DNA of 64,000 nucleotides, taken from NCBI RefSeq assembly GCF_004010195.1, contig NC_057755.1, positions 1-64,000 on the forward strand. The letters are read 5' to 3'. Made by a program: the position numbers and the translations under genes. The notes beneath the pieces are model-generated. The model did no database searches. It was not told the origin of the DNA and saw nothing but the letters and a program-made list of their open reading frames with translations. This document shows, one piece after another, positions 50,132 to 62,289 of this stretch (positions within the stretch are counted from its first letter, which is position 1; every line of letters begins with the position of its first letter). The DNA comes from Chiloscyllium plagiosum. Lineage: Eukaryota.

Positions 50132-53100
50132 GTGCCAGTGTCACCTGGACAAGAATGAAGCTGGGTAAGTTCCGACTCTGAGTCAGACAGAGTGACGGTC
50201 TTGCTCTCCTCCGGATATGGAACATCCTAGCTCCAAGTTTCCCAGATCTGTGGTGCAGTGGGAACTTATTGCATACCGTTGCTGCTGGTTGGGCTTCACT
50301 GGGCCATTCTGGACAACTGTTGCTTCTGGATTTGGAGTGTAATCCTCTCCTTCTCTCACGGTGAGGTGCCTCTTTATCTGTTGGTAGCCAGCCCTCCACA
50401 CATTTTCAGCTTCTGAGGAGCAGCTGGTATGTCCATCGTAGAGCTGCCTCTGTTTGTTTTACTGTGGAACAGGGTGTGGTGGTGGCAACCAATGAGATTC
50501 CCTTTTTCAGTTTCTCAGCTGTATTCACTACCCCTCCCCCCCCCCACCCCCCCCTCGCCACCCTCTTGCCTCGTTCATTTCCTCGTCCTTCATTAATCCA
50601 TCTGTTCAGGTCAAGGTTTCTGCTTGAACTATAGGGAGAGGATGAATAGGCTTCGGTATTTTCACTGGAAGCTCAAAGGCTGAGCGGTGACCTCATACAA
50701 GTTTACAAAATTATCAGTGGGATGGATACGGTAAATAGCCAAGAATCTTCCACGAGGGTAAGGGAGACCAAAAATAGAAGGGTAGCGGTTTAAGGTGAGA
50801 ATTGATGCATTTAAAAGGAATCTTATTTGTATTTTCCCACATTATACATCATTTGCCATCTTTGTACCCATTTGCTTAACCTGCCACTATCTCTCTGTAA
50901 ACTGTTTGTAATCCTCTTGCAACCTGCAATTCTACTTACTTTCTGTCGCCTGCAAACTTGCCTACAATAGATACATTTTCTTCCTCCAAGTCATAAATAG
51001 CTTGTGAACAGCTGTTTGCCCAGCACTTATCTCTGTGAAGCCCCACTGATCATGAGTTGCCATCCTGAAACAGAACCATTTATCCCCCTAACTGTTTCCT
51101 GTTCATTATCCATATCCGTATCTATACTGATGTACTACCTCTAACATCGTGGGACTTTATCCTATGATTTAACCTTTTGTGAGATACCTTGTACAATATG
51201 CTCTGGAAGTCCAAATACAACACATGTGTTGGCTCCCCCCATCCACTCTAGTTGAGATTTCTTCAGAAAACCCTAATAAATTAGTCAAACATGATTTCAT
51301 TTTGATGATGCCAATCTGACTCTGTTTGGCCTTCTCGTGTGAATTCTTCCCTATCTCCCCGTTTCCAATTTCAAACCCAGTGCCTCTATCATGAACGACA
51401 GGTAATGTTGAACTGCAGCAATTGTCTATTCCCGATTGGCACCATAGTGCAAACAGAACAGTGGTCAAAAGCTGGATTACGAGGGAAGTTACAGGAAGTA
51501 ATGGCTGCAAAAAAGTGCAGGAAGCAAACATAGCTCTGACAAGTGGGAACACTTTAGAAGTCAGCAAAGGAAGCACTAAGGGTTTGATTATGATGGGGTA
51601 GAATGGAGTATGAGAGTAAGCTGGCAGAGGTCATATCAAAGTAAACATTTCTGGATAAAGTTCTATCAGTATTCAAAGAAAACAAAATTGGTGAATACGA
51701 AAATGATTCCTTTACTGTCAGAAATGGGTAAATGTAAAATTGGAGAAAAGAAATCACTGAGAAGTTAAATTCAGACTTTGAGTCATGGAATCATCGACAT
51801 TCACAGCACAGAAACAACTCGTTCCAACGTATCGATGCCGACCGAATATCCTAAATTAATCCAGTCCCATTTAGCTTATTTCTGTCTTAATCGCTCCTAT
51901 TCATATCCCCATCCAGCCATCACAAAGGAGAACATGAACAACATACCCAAAATAACGGGGAGCACATGTGAAAGAACCTTCACTGACTTTTTGTATTTTT
52001 TTCATTGAAACTGGTGGGAACTGTAAACTTCTGGCTGAAAATAACTTGTGGCCTTTGAGACAGCTTGTGGCAAAAAGAACAGACCAAACCAGATGTGTTT
52101 CTTTGTTTGCGAAGCCAGGCCTGGCGACTAATTGTAGGCTCAGTCTTGATTTCTGTAGGCAGAACTACCACCGAGAAGAACATGATGTTCAACCAGATAG
52201 CAGAAGTTGACTGTTAATGAGATCCAACAAACATGCGAATTGGTTCTGCAAGTCTGGAAGGTACCATATGCTGAAACCGATGGCAGTCATTGAGTTGTAA
52301 TTGAATTCTAGGGATGATGTTGCCTGTCGGGGTGGAGACAAATATTACTTTGCCTTTCAATTTTCTCTGTGCTAATGTTATTCGGCATTTATTAAATAGT
52401 CAAGTTTTATTGTTTAAGATATAAAATGAGTGCCTGGAATTTAATTACATGCAAATACTGGGATTGATTACTTGAAATCTGATTCTGAAACAGTCGAGTG
52501 ATTACTGATGTCTTGTCCCATACTGGAGTATTTACTAATTTGCCCATACTGTTTAGGGCGTGTAGGCTAGGTCCATTAGTTCGAGGAAATGTAGAGTAAT
52601 AGGTGTAGGAGAGTGGGTCAGGTGGGATACGCTTCAGAGGGTCGGTGTGGACTTGTTGGGCCAAATGGCCTGTTTCCTCAATGTAGGCATTGTAATTTTT
52701 AAATTAAGAATAAATAATTCAATTTCATATAAACTTCATTCCACACACATATACAAAACATTGATATCTAATCAATTGCATCTATAGTTTGTAGGTTACA
52801 TCCGTGATAACGAATCTGCTATTCCAATCCTACGACCTGCAAAATGTAAGATTTGTAAATTAAGAGTCTGTAATATGAGACTCCAATGAAATAATCTCAT
52901 ATTATTGTTTTTAATTCGTTCCAAGAATGTAAGACTCTTGTGATCTGTGTATGCAACCGGCTCCGCCACATTGTTCGTGACATAAACAATATAATGTTGG
53001 CAGACAAGTACCAGATTCAATAATTCATTTTTGCCCTCAGAGTGTTTTCTTTGTTGTGTGTTGAGTCTCTTTGAAAAGTGACCAACTGGCAGTTTGATTC

Positions 53101-53348
53101 TATCATCACCTTCCTGTAGCAGGGGAAGATGCCAGGGGAAGGTGGCAGGGGAAGGTGCCAGGACGCGAGGGTGGGTTGTAGAGGGGCGTGGACCTGACCT
53201 GACAACTCCAACCCCTGTGTTACGAGCATCGATGGCAACTTTCAAGGGTTTCAAAAAATTCCATGTCAGTAAAATTGGTGTAGTGGTTAACGTTGCTTTT
53301 AAATTGTCAAATGCCTCCTGGCCTTGTTCTGTCCAACAAAACATTGTG

Positions 53349-54516
53349 GTAACAACAATGACTGCAAATGCTGGAAACCATATTCTGGATTAGTGGTGCT
53401 GGAAAAACACAGCAGTTCAGGCAACATCCGAAGAGCAATAAAATCGACGTTTCGGGCAAAAGCCCTTCATCAGGAAGACAGGCAGAGTGCTGAGGTGGGG
53501 GAAGGGGAATGAGGAAACTGTTGAAGTCCACATTGGTGCCCTGGGGTGGAAGTGTTCCGAGACAGAAGATGGTGCGTTCTTCCTCCAGGCGTCTGGTGGT
53601 GAGGGAACGGCTGTGAAGGAGGCCCAGGACCTCCATGTCCTCGGCAGAGTGGGAGGGGGAGTTGAAATGTTGGGCCACAGGGCGGTGTGGTCGATTGGTG
53701 CGGGTGTCCCAGAGATGTTCTCCAAAGCGCTCTGCTAGGAGGCGTCCAGTCTCCCAAATGTAGAGGAGACCGCATCGGGAGCAACGGGGATTCCATAAAT
53801 GATATTGGTGGATAGACAAGTAAGACTTTGATGGATGTGGAAGGCTCCTTTAGGGCCTTGGATTGAGGTGAGGGAAGAGGTATGGGCGCAGATTTTGCAA
53901 TTCCTGCGGTGGCAGGGGAAGGTGCCAGGACGGGAGGGTGGGTTGTAGAGGGGCGTGGACCTGACCACGAGGTCACGGAGGGAACGGTCTTTGCGGAAGG
54001 CAGAGAGGGATGGGAAGGAAATATATCCCTGGTGATGGGGTCCGTTTGGAGGTGGCGGAAGTGTCGGCGGATGATTTGATATATGCGAAGGTTTGTAGAG
54101 TGGAAGGTGAGCACCGTGGCATTCTGTCCTTGTTACGGTTGGAGGGTGGGGTCTGAGGGCGGATGTGCGGAATGTGGATGAGATGCGTTGGAGGGCATCT
54201 TTAACTACGTGGGAAGGGAAATTGCGATCTTTCAAGAAGGAGGCCATCTGGTATGTTCTGTGGTGGAACTGGTCCTCCTGTGAGCAGTACGGTGGAGGGG
54301 GATTAATTGGGAATACGGGATGGCATTTTTGCATAAAATAGGGTAGGAAGAGGTGCAATCCAGGTAGCTATGTGAGTCGGTGGGTTTGTAAAAAATGTTG
54401 GTGTCAAATTTAACGTCCGGGTGGAATGTGTTGCTGAAGTTGATGAATTGCTCAACCTCCTCGCAGGAGCATGAGGTGGCGCCAATGCAGTCATCAATGT
54501 AACGGAGGAAGAGGTG
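53349..54516 (-). mobile_element. 5'-truncated Penelope-like element (RT C-terminus, GIY-YIG endonuclease, hammerhead-bearing end) with 7-bp TSD
   Basis: 'FLRYIDDCIG', 'FYKPTDSHSYLD', 'CSRCGLLYIWETGR.L.ERF.EH', 'LGTL.PQG.NVDF'. CATTGTG occurs at 53342-53348 and 54517-54523 but only once in copy A (2422). Confidence 0.92.
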
Positions 54517-56210
54517 CATTGTGTTCTTCTTCAGCAAATCTGTTAACAGTGCCACGACACTGCTGCCGCTTGAAGAAAAGTTGCAGTATAATCCATTAGT
54601 CCCAAAAATTAAAGCACGTCTTTCTTCGAGCTTGATTGTGGAAATTCCTCAAGGCCTTCACCTTTGCGTTCCGTGGTATTAAACTTCCATGGCCAATGTT
54701 ACGTCTGAAGATCGTCACCTCTGCTTTCGTGAATTCAGTTTTGTTAAAGGTTGCAACTAAATTTGCTTCTCGTAGTCGTTCAAAGAGCTCTGCCAATTGT
54801 ACCATGTGATCTTTCCAGGATTCAGTAAAGATGCCTGCACAGTCCAAATAGACTGCAGAGACTGTTAACCCAGCCACAACTCTGTTCATGAGTATTTGAA
54901 ATTTGGCTCGTGTATCTTCATTCTATTAGGCGTCACTTTGAATTGATTTCGCTCATTTGGGAACAAAAACGCAGAAATTTGTTTCACTGTATCTGATAAA
55001 TTTATCTGCCAATAACCACGCAGTGAGTTCAACTTTGTAATATAACTGGCTTGTCCAACTTTATCTCTACATTCTGACAATCCTTTTGTTGGATACAAAT
55101 CCAATTTTTTTCACAGCGTTGACCTTCCCATAGTTTACGGAAAGTTGTTGAGTCCCGTCAGATTTGGGAACTAACACAATCAGTGAACTCCACTCGCTCT
55201 GACACGGTTGGATGATATCTCCATTGAACATTGCCTCCACTTCCTTCTGGACCTGCCTGGCTTTGAAAGGATGAAGCTTATAGGGGTTTTCTTTTATCAG
55301 AACAGCATTTCCAACATCTACCTCATGTAAAATAGTATTAGTCCTCTCGACTTATTGGTGTATATGCCCTCATACTGCTGTAACAGATATTTCAACGTTT
55401 TTGTTTGATCCTGAGACAGATAGTTTACTCACCTATCCCACTTCTCAAGAACTTCATTATTTGATATATTTTGAGGCATATCAAATTCCACAACGCCTGG
55501 ATTTGATTCCTCACTCTGCGGGGCAGTACCTAACACTTATTTCTCCAATTCCTTCTCCCGATTATGATCAGGTTTCAACATGTTCACATCACATACCTGA
55601 TACTGTTATTTTCTATCCGGCATCTTTACCAGGCAGTTCACCTGACTCATTTTTTAAAACATTTGTTAGGGACCACTAAACCTGGTTTTGAAGGGATCTC
55701 TTATCACTGGTGATAATGTCAATATATTATCTCTTCGCGAAAACGTCTGAATCTCAGTGTTTTTATCTGCCACCTGCTTCATTCCATAACATCCCTCTTT
55801 AGGTGCAGTTTACCTACTGAAATTAATGTCTCCCTCACCTCTGATACATGATTCAAGTGTTAGATCTCCGACTTTGGTCCTGTCAATTTCTCTTTAATTA
55901 ATTTCAAAGGGCCTCTCACTGCATATCTGAACATTAACTTATAATGAGTAGATTCCATTTGGGGCATCTCTAATGGCAAACACTACAAATGGGATACCGC
56001 TATCCCAATAATTCGGGTAATCCTGAGAGTATGCTCTCAACATGTTCTTCGGAGTCTGATGCCACCTTTGGAACATATAAGGTATTCAGGATGATACGCA
56101 CTTGATTTAAAGTGCTGAATACCAAAACTATCCATGACTTCCTTAAATAGCCTAGGAGTAAAATTAGACCCTTGGTCTGACTGAATCTCTCTGGGTCGCC
56201 CATACACGGT

Positions 56211-56537
56211 GGGCGGCACGGTGGCACAGTGGTTAGCACTGATGCCTCACAGCGCCAGAGACCCGGGTTCAGTTCCCGCCTCAGGCGACTGACTGTGTGG
56301 AGTTTGCACGTTCTCCCCGTGTCTGCGTGGGTTTCCTCCGGGTGCTCCGGTTTCCTCCCACAGTCCAAAGATGTGCAGGTCAGGTGAATTGGCCATGCTA
56401 AATTGTCCGTAGTGTTAGGTAAGGGGTAAATGTAGGGGTATGGGTGGGTTGCGCTTCGGCGGGGTGCTGTGGACTTGTTGGGCCGAAGGGCCTTTTTCCA
56501 CTCTGTAAGTAATCTAATCTAATCTAATCTCTAATCT
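56211..56537 (+). mobile_element. Full-length young HE1-like V-SINE inserted in the Gypsy integrase
   Basis: Near-identical to 29421-29736, with a (TAATC)n tail and TACACG on both sides. Absent from copy A (about 4130). Confidence 0.95.
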
Positions 56538-56930
56538 ACACGTGAAGGACGCTACTAGCTCCTGAACCCCTTTTGATGGAATACTCCATAATGGAATTGC
56601 TTCCAGAAATCTGGCAGGCACATCTATTAAGGTCAGCAAGAACTAGTCTCCACGTTATTTCTCAGGAGGGGACCTACACAACCAATCATAACCAGTTGAA
56701 ATGTGGGATTTGGCAACAAAGATGCTGGTTTAATTACTGCCTGTGGCTTATCTCCCAGTTGGCATGCATGACGCGTATAGCAAAATTTAACCACAAGCTT
56801 GTGCATTCCAGGTGAATAGAAATACTTTTGGACCGTACCTAGGTCTTTCCTACAGGTAATTCATGTGCTACCCGTAACACTTCCTGTCTGTATGGTACTG
56901 GCAACACAATCGGGTGCACTTCGGCCCTTG

Positions 56931-56987
<57 letters not shown>
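56931..56987. repeat. (AT)n(GT)n microsatellite
   Basis: Pure repeat, not present in copy A. Confidence 0.95.
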
Positions 56988-56988
<1 letters not shown>

Positions 56989-58012
56989 CTTTTTGTGTCT
57001 CGTCTTTCTGTTGCAAGTTTCTTAAACTTTCAGGACTAAACACTTCTGTCTGACCCTCTAATTATCCGGGTGTTTCCTGCACCATTACGTTCAAGGCCTC
57101 CACTAACTGAAACTCTACTCCTTCAACTTTCTCTTTAGTTCTTGCTTCATGCTATGCCTTATGATTATGGGATCTTGTTGCTGCACAGTCTGGAAAAAAT
57201 ACCAGGGTATTTTTCTTTTAACTCCTCAGTTCTCTGTTCTTCGTTGGGCTTCTTTACAACAAGGGGTACCACTTCTACCTTGGACCCTGCTAAATCGTTC
57301 CTAAGTGCAAACTGGGATCCCTTGAGCTAACAATCTGTCAGTCAGTCCCACTGTTACTTCCCCAGTCCTGTGTTTGCACTCCAGTCTGATGTTAAACGGG
57401 GGAATGCTAAATTTCTGTCCATCTATCCCGCACATTACCACTCTCTTGGGTAACAGGTCAGGGTAACAAATGCTTTCATATCTTACTATTATCCCAAAGT
57501 TGCAACTTTCTTTTCCTTTTCCCTCTCTTTTTTCGAGTAAGCTTTACTCACAGAGGCGAGTTCTTTATTGAGATCAGGCACTGACTCCATTCCCAGTCCC
57601 TTTCAGCAGCCGTTATCATTTTTAATTAGCAACGCCACCCCCCTCCTATATTACCACCCTCCCTAATCTTACTGAAACATCTGTAACCAGGAACCTCCAA
57701 CAACCATTCCTGTCCCTCTTCTATCCACGTTTATATTTGATTGAGAAGCAGTGTGCGTGCAAAATGAGAGATTCTATTGCGATGTCGGATTTATTAAAAC
57801 CAAAAATGTTTCGTCTCCATTTGCCAACCATCATCCCGTCAAAGAACCGCCGTTGACATCCAGGGAAGCCAAATCCCGGTGTTTAGGAGAACATTTCTCA
57901 ATAACCAGAAATTAATTTTCAAATGGACCAAGGCAAATGAAGGAAGACACTGAAATAAAATGAGATTTCAAAGTTGGATAGATGGTGTTGGGGTGCCAAT
58001 GCTATTATGTAC

Positions 58013-58240
58013 GAGCGGAAAGTGTATTGCTGGAAAAGAGCAGCAGGTCAGGCAGCATCCAAGGAGCAGGAGAATCGACGTTTTGGGCATGAGTCCTTCT
58101 TCAGGAATGGTTCCTGAGGAAGGGCTCATGCCCGAAACGTCGATTCTCCTGTTCTTTGGATGCTGCCTGACCTGCTGCGCGTTTTCCAGCAACACATTTT
58201 CAGCTCTGATCTCCAGCATCTGCAGTCCTCACTTTCTCCT
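58013..58240. mobile_element. Short palindromic Penelope-end insertion with TSD, upstream of GPCR gene 3
   Basis: Inverted arms of about 95 bp around 58108-58110. AATGCTATTAT occurs at 57998-58008 and 58241-58251 but only once in copy A (8313). Confidence 0.92.
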
Positions 58241-58663
58241 AATGCTATTATATATGTTGGCACAGTGGCTCAGTTGTCAGACCTTCCACCTCATAGGGCC
58301 AGCGGGTGGGTCTGGGTGGGACACCTTTGCAGGGTCGGTGTGGACTCGATGAGCCCATTGATCTGCTTCCACATTGTTAGGATTCTATGATTTTATTCAA
58401 AATGCAGATCCAATGTTTGCCTTTGACTGATTGAGATTTGTACCATGCAATAAACCTCATTTCTAAAAATACTCTTTGACGACTGGGAGTTGACTCACTG
58501 CTGTGACCTGTTTGCTCAAATTCTTGAATAAATGAATTGAACCACATTGTAATGTAACAGGCCCCCAAGCGATGCCAGCAGATATAAATGATAGGCTTCG
58601 AGATTATGTAGCCTCAGTATTGAGTACAGACAGATTGCCTGTACAAAGCGATTCAGGCAGAAA

Positions 58664-58730
58664 ATGACGTTCTCAATTCGTCAGGCGCGGGGAATATTTT
58701 ACGTGACCCTTCCAATTGTAACAATTCCTG
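58664..58730 (+). CDS. GPR139/GPR142-like GPCR gene 3, coding exon 1 (MTFSIRQARGIFYVTLPIVTIP); exon 2 outside the window
   Basis: Intact ATG, 67 nt, CCTG|GTAAGT donor and upstream TATAAA; 60/67 nt identical to 8737-8803. Confidence 0.8.
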
Positions 58731-61549
58731 GTAAGTGCCTGGCACCATTGAAGTCGTGTGAATCTGTGTGAGGACTCTCTGCGGTATCACTCTGCCACTG
58801 GCACTGAAACATGGGCATGCTGTGCCCAAACATCACACAGTGGCAGAGGATCAGTAATTTAGGCTCAGATTAAGTACACACCGTGGAAACCCCATCATCG
58901 CAGATTCCGCAGGAATTGGTTGGGGAATTGTTCATTTCTTCTGGGAACCATCCAGAAATCTCCATCTCAATTGGAGCCTATGGAGAGTTTCGGTGGAATT
59001 AAGAAAGGGTCTCACTTTGGAAAACATAAGCGGCGGTATTTTTATGTCTAGAGAACAAAATCAATTAGTTTGAGTTTGTTTTGTTTGAGTGAATAAGCAG
59101 TGGGCCCCTTCTCTGTGCATCTGAAGTTAATGGTTAACTTGGAGTTACTTTTCTAAACACAGACATTTGTTTTCAATATTGCGTTTGGGTTTGGCTACAG
59201 GCTGATTGGCATTGTGCATGAGTGAACCGTTGTTAATTTTTGATGCTTGCAACCCAGCATTGTATTAATGGAGACTGAAAGATTTGTTGGAGAGTTCTGG
59301 AATTTGCGATTAAAGAAGAAACCCATAACTGAGAAAAGTTTAATTTCCTTTCAATCATTTTGGTCATTTCTTTCAGTTCCTGGAACTGAATGGATGTATA
59401 GATATGTGCTCATGCGAAGAACAAGAGAGTTTTAGTAAATTACATTGCTTAGGAATGAAAATGATGTGTTCGTCCCAGACAGAAGTGTTGGACAGGATAA
59501 AGCTCTGAAGAGATTGTTTAAAGCAATGTATATTAGCACTTTAGTGTGCGGTAGCTCCCTGAAGGAATTCACTTCAGTTCCAGTTTAGAAGTGGCAGACA
59601 CAGTTCAGATCACAAAGTGAGAGATACAGGGATTCTGGTGTGAATATTACACGAGAGTTGTTTTCTTTGGAACGGCACTGCGAGTCATGTTTTGCCTAAT
59701 ATATAAAAGTCGCGTCTATTTGTTTCATTTATGGATTTTGTTGAGGTTAATGTTAATGATTATTATACATGCACTACGTGTTCATTACCTTTGAATCTGC
59801 GTTACAAGTAGGAATTTTGTTTTTTTCTAGTTTATCGTCATTTCCTTTGCAATAAACCTCTTTTGTTGCGGAAACAATATTTGCAGCGTTGCGTGTTTCT
59901 GATTCAGCACGCGATGACTGTGTTCAGGTAATCATCTATCAAGCTGGATTTCTGTCTGCGATCCGGTTTCTTCTGTAATTAATCAGAATAGATCTGATGC
60001 TATTAAACACAGAACAACTCCTGAGGAACTGACAAACTGTTCAAATAGATTGTGCCCTAACTACATCCATCAAGATCCATTATATGCCCAGATCATGATC
60101 AGACAACCATACTGAGAAGTAATTCAGATTACCCCTTCCAAAGTCACTACCCTCTTTCACACACAGACAACACAAAACAAATTCCCTCACCGCCTGCCAG
60201 ACCTGTAATGCTGAAACTGCATGAAACATTGGGTGGCTTATAGTTGTGAGTTTGCGTGCAGTACTGGTCATCACCAAGCAGTGAGGACAGAATTGCACTG
60301 AGAAGTGTTTAGAAGAGATTTTCGCGAATGGTCGTGTCATTTTCCCTAAACAGAGGCAAATGATATTTGTCGTGATTGGGATGGATAAAATAAACAGGGT
60401 CTTCGATTGAGAGTTGTCTCCCCGATCGCGGGACCATTTACAAGCAGACACACAAGGAGAAAAATTTACGGGAGGATGATCGAGAACATGAGGCCAACCA
60501 TTTCGTTTAGAAGATGATGGTGCGACTGGAATTCACTGCACAGTCTGGGTGATAGTTTGAGGTCACCAAATTAACACATTTAAAAGGAACTCGGATTTGC
60601 ACGTGAAGTGAATAAATCCTCAACGCTATGGACCAGGTATTGGATGCTAGGCTCAGAACAGGTAGCTTGTTTATTCAGTTTATGCAGGCATGAATGACCA
60701 ATTTCAGTGTCAAAACGTTTGTGCATTTCTGTGGCATTGCAGAAAGACGGAGGAGTGTAAACGTATATTTGCTTTGTTGGTTAACCGTGCTGTCTGTTTG
60801 CACAACTGGAACACTGGATTGTTAAAGTGAGTTCCAGAGAGCTGTGGCTATCTTCCAGTTGTTCCTTGAAGAAATGTTTATCGCTTCATTATTTTTATAG
60901 TGCAAAAGCAATTTTACATGGGGAGGAATAATATTGACTAAGATACGAACATAAGGTTTCATCAATTCTTTCTGTTCATATTGCTTACTTTGCTTGGTTA
61001 TTCGTATAACAAATATAAAGGATTTTTAAAGAGGTATTGTGCAATCTTATACCGTCTATGAAATGCTGAGTATTCGGATTAGAGCTGTCACATTCAGTCC
61101 TTGCAATAGTGAACTGTCTGTTTTGTTTTCAATTGAGGACTTTATTCATAAAATATAAACAAACACATTCCAAAGTTTTGAGTCAGATAATGCAGAGAAT
61201 CCAATAAAAAGGTCACATTTTCCTCTTTGCATTTTGCATTATTGGCTGACTGAATGTACAAGCTAAATTAGAACATTTGCTAAGCATGAAAAAGAGTTGT
61301 TGACTTTCCAAAACAAATTATGAGCGATTCAGTGAGTTATCAAATCCTCCGTTTATCATCACAGAGGGGTGCTTAGATTGTGTTTCGTGCCTTTAATAAT
61401 GAAACAAACCTTTCTCAGCTTTGTTAGCATTATCCTTCAAAAATAACACTTCTCAAGTGCAACAACTCATGGTTTTTCTGTTACCCTGACCAGACGATTC
61501 TAGGTAATTCTATATGGAGGGCAGGAAAAGGTTGTGGTTGTGAGAGCCG

Positions 61550-62250
61550 CTCATTTCCTGAGCTACCCACAATTCCAAATCCTGCACACACCTTTTCCCC
61601 CCACTTCCGTCCAAGACTCCAACGAACCCTTCCACATCCATCAAAGTTTCACCTGCACTTCCACACTGAATCCGTTGATACTGATGCAATCTCTTCTCCA
61701 TTGGCGAGACACGATGCCTACTCGCAGCGCACTTCAGAGAAAATCTCTGGAACACCCGCACCAATCAACACCACCGCACCGTGGCCGAACACTTCGATTA
61801 CGCCTTCCACTCTGCCGATGAAAAGCAGGTCCTGGGCCTGCACCATCGCCACTCCCTTACCACCCGACGCCTGAAGGAGGAATGGACCCGGAAGACCAAT
61901 CCCATTGCATAAATGTGGATTTCACCAGTTTCCTCATTTCAGATCCCTCAACCTTATCCCAGTTCCAACTTTCCAGCTCAGCACCGACCTTCTGTCCTAT
62001 TTGTCTATCTTCCTTCCCACCTATTCATCCCATCCTCCCTTCCAACCTATCATCTTTACCCCCAACTCCATCCACCTATCTCACTCTCAGCTACCTTCCC
62101 CAGTGCCACCCCTTTCCCATTTATGCCTCCATCCCCAAGGCACCCAACCTCATTTCTGATGAAAGACCTCTGCCTGAAACGCCGCTTTTCCTGCTCCTCG
62201 GATGCTGCCTGATCTGCTGTGCTTTTTCAGCATCACAATCTCGACTGTAT
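61550..62250 (+). mobile_element. Penelope-like 3' fragment (paralog of 11100-11835)
   Basis: 'FHIHQSFTCTST' and a decayed CTGATGAAAGAC..GCCTGAAACG at about 62157. Confidence 0.85.
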
Positions 62251-62289
62251 TCCTCGGAATATATCCTGGGAAGGTATTCGGGCTGAACT

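Larger units (their letters stand above)
47520..50450 (-). mobile_element. Degenerate Tx1-like LINE (ORF2 endonuclease and RT pieces; probable ORF1 tail)
   Basis: APE motif 'LRLINVYAP...PVILGRDFNCIID' (49235-49492) and RT 'LRETI...ACLISLDEEKAF' (47597-47782). The extent beyond 49650 is tentative. Confidence 0.8.
52795..57600 (-). mobile_element. Gmr1-like Gypsy element, copy B (pol only; gag and LTR deleted)
   Basis: RNase H ORF 52796-53344 ('YTDHKSLTFL...GIADSLSR'), RT 'AVYLD' and 'LRGYWQI', integrase 'YGRPREIQSDQGSNF...FKSSAYHPE'. Confidence 0.9.

Noticed and set aside
52796..53344. Domesticated RNase H gene
   Set aside because: Open only locally, carries a foreign insert and is surrounded by disrupted pol.
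56211..56290. tRNA gene
   Set aside because: tRNA-derived SINE head with A/B boxes continuing into the V-domain; likewise 29660-29736.
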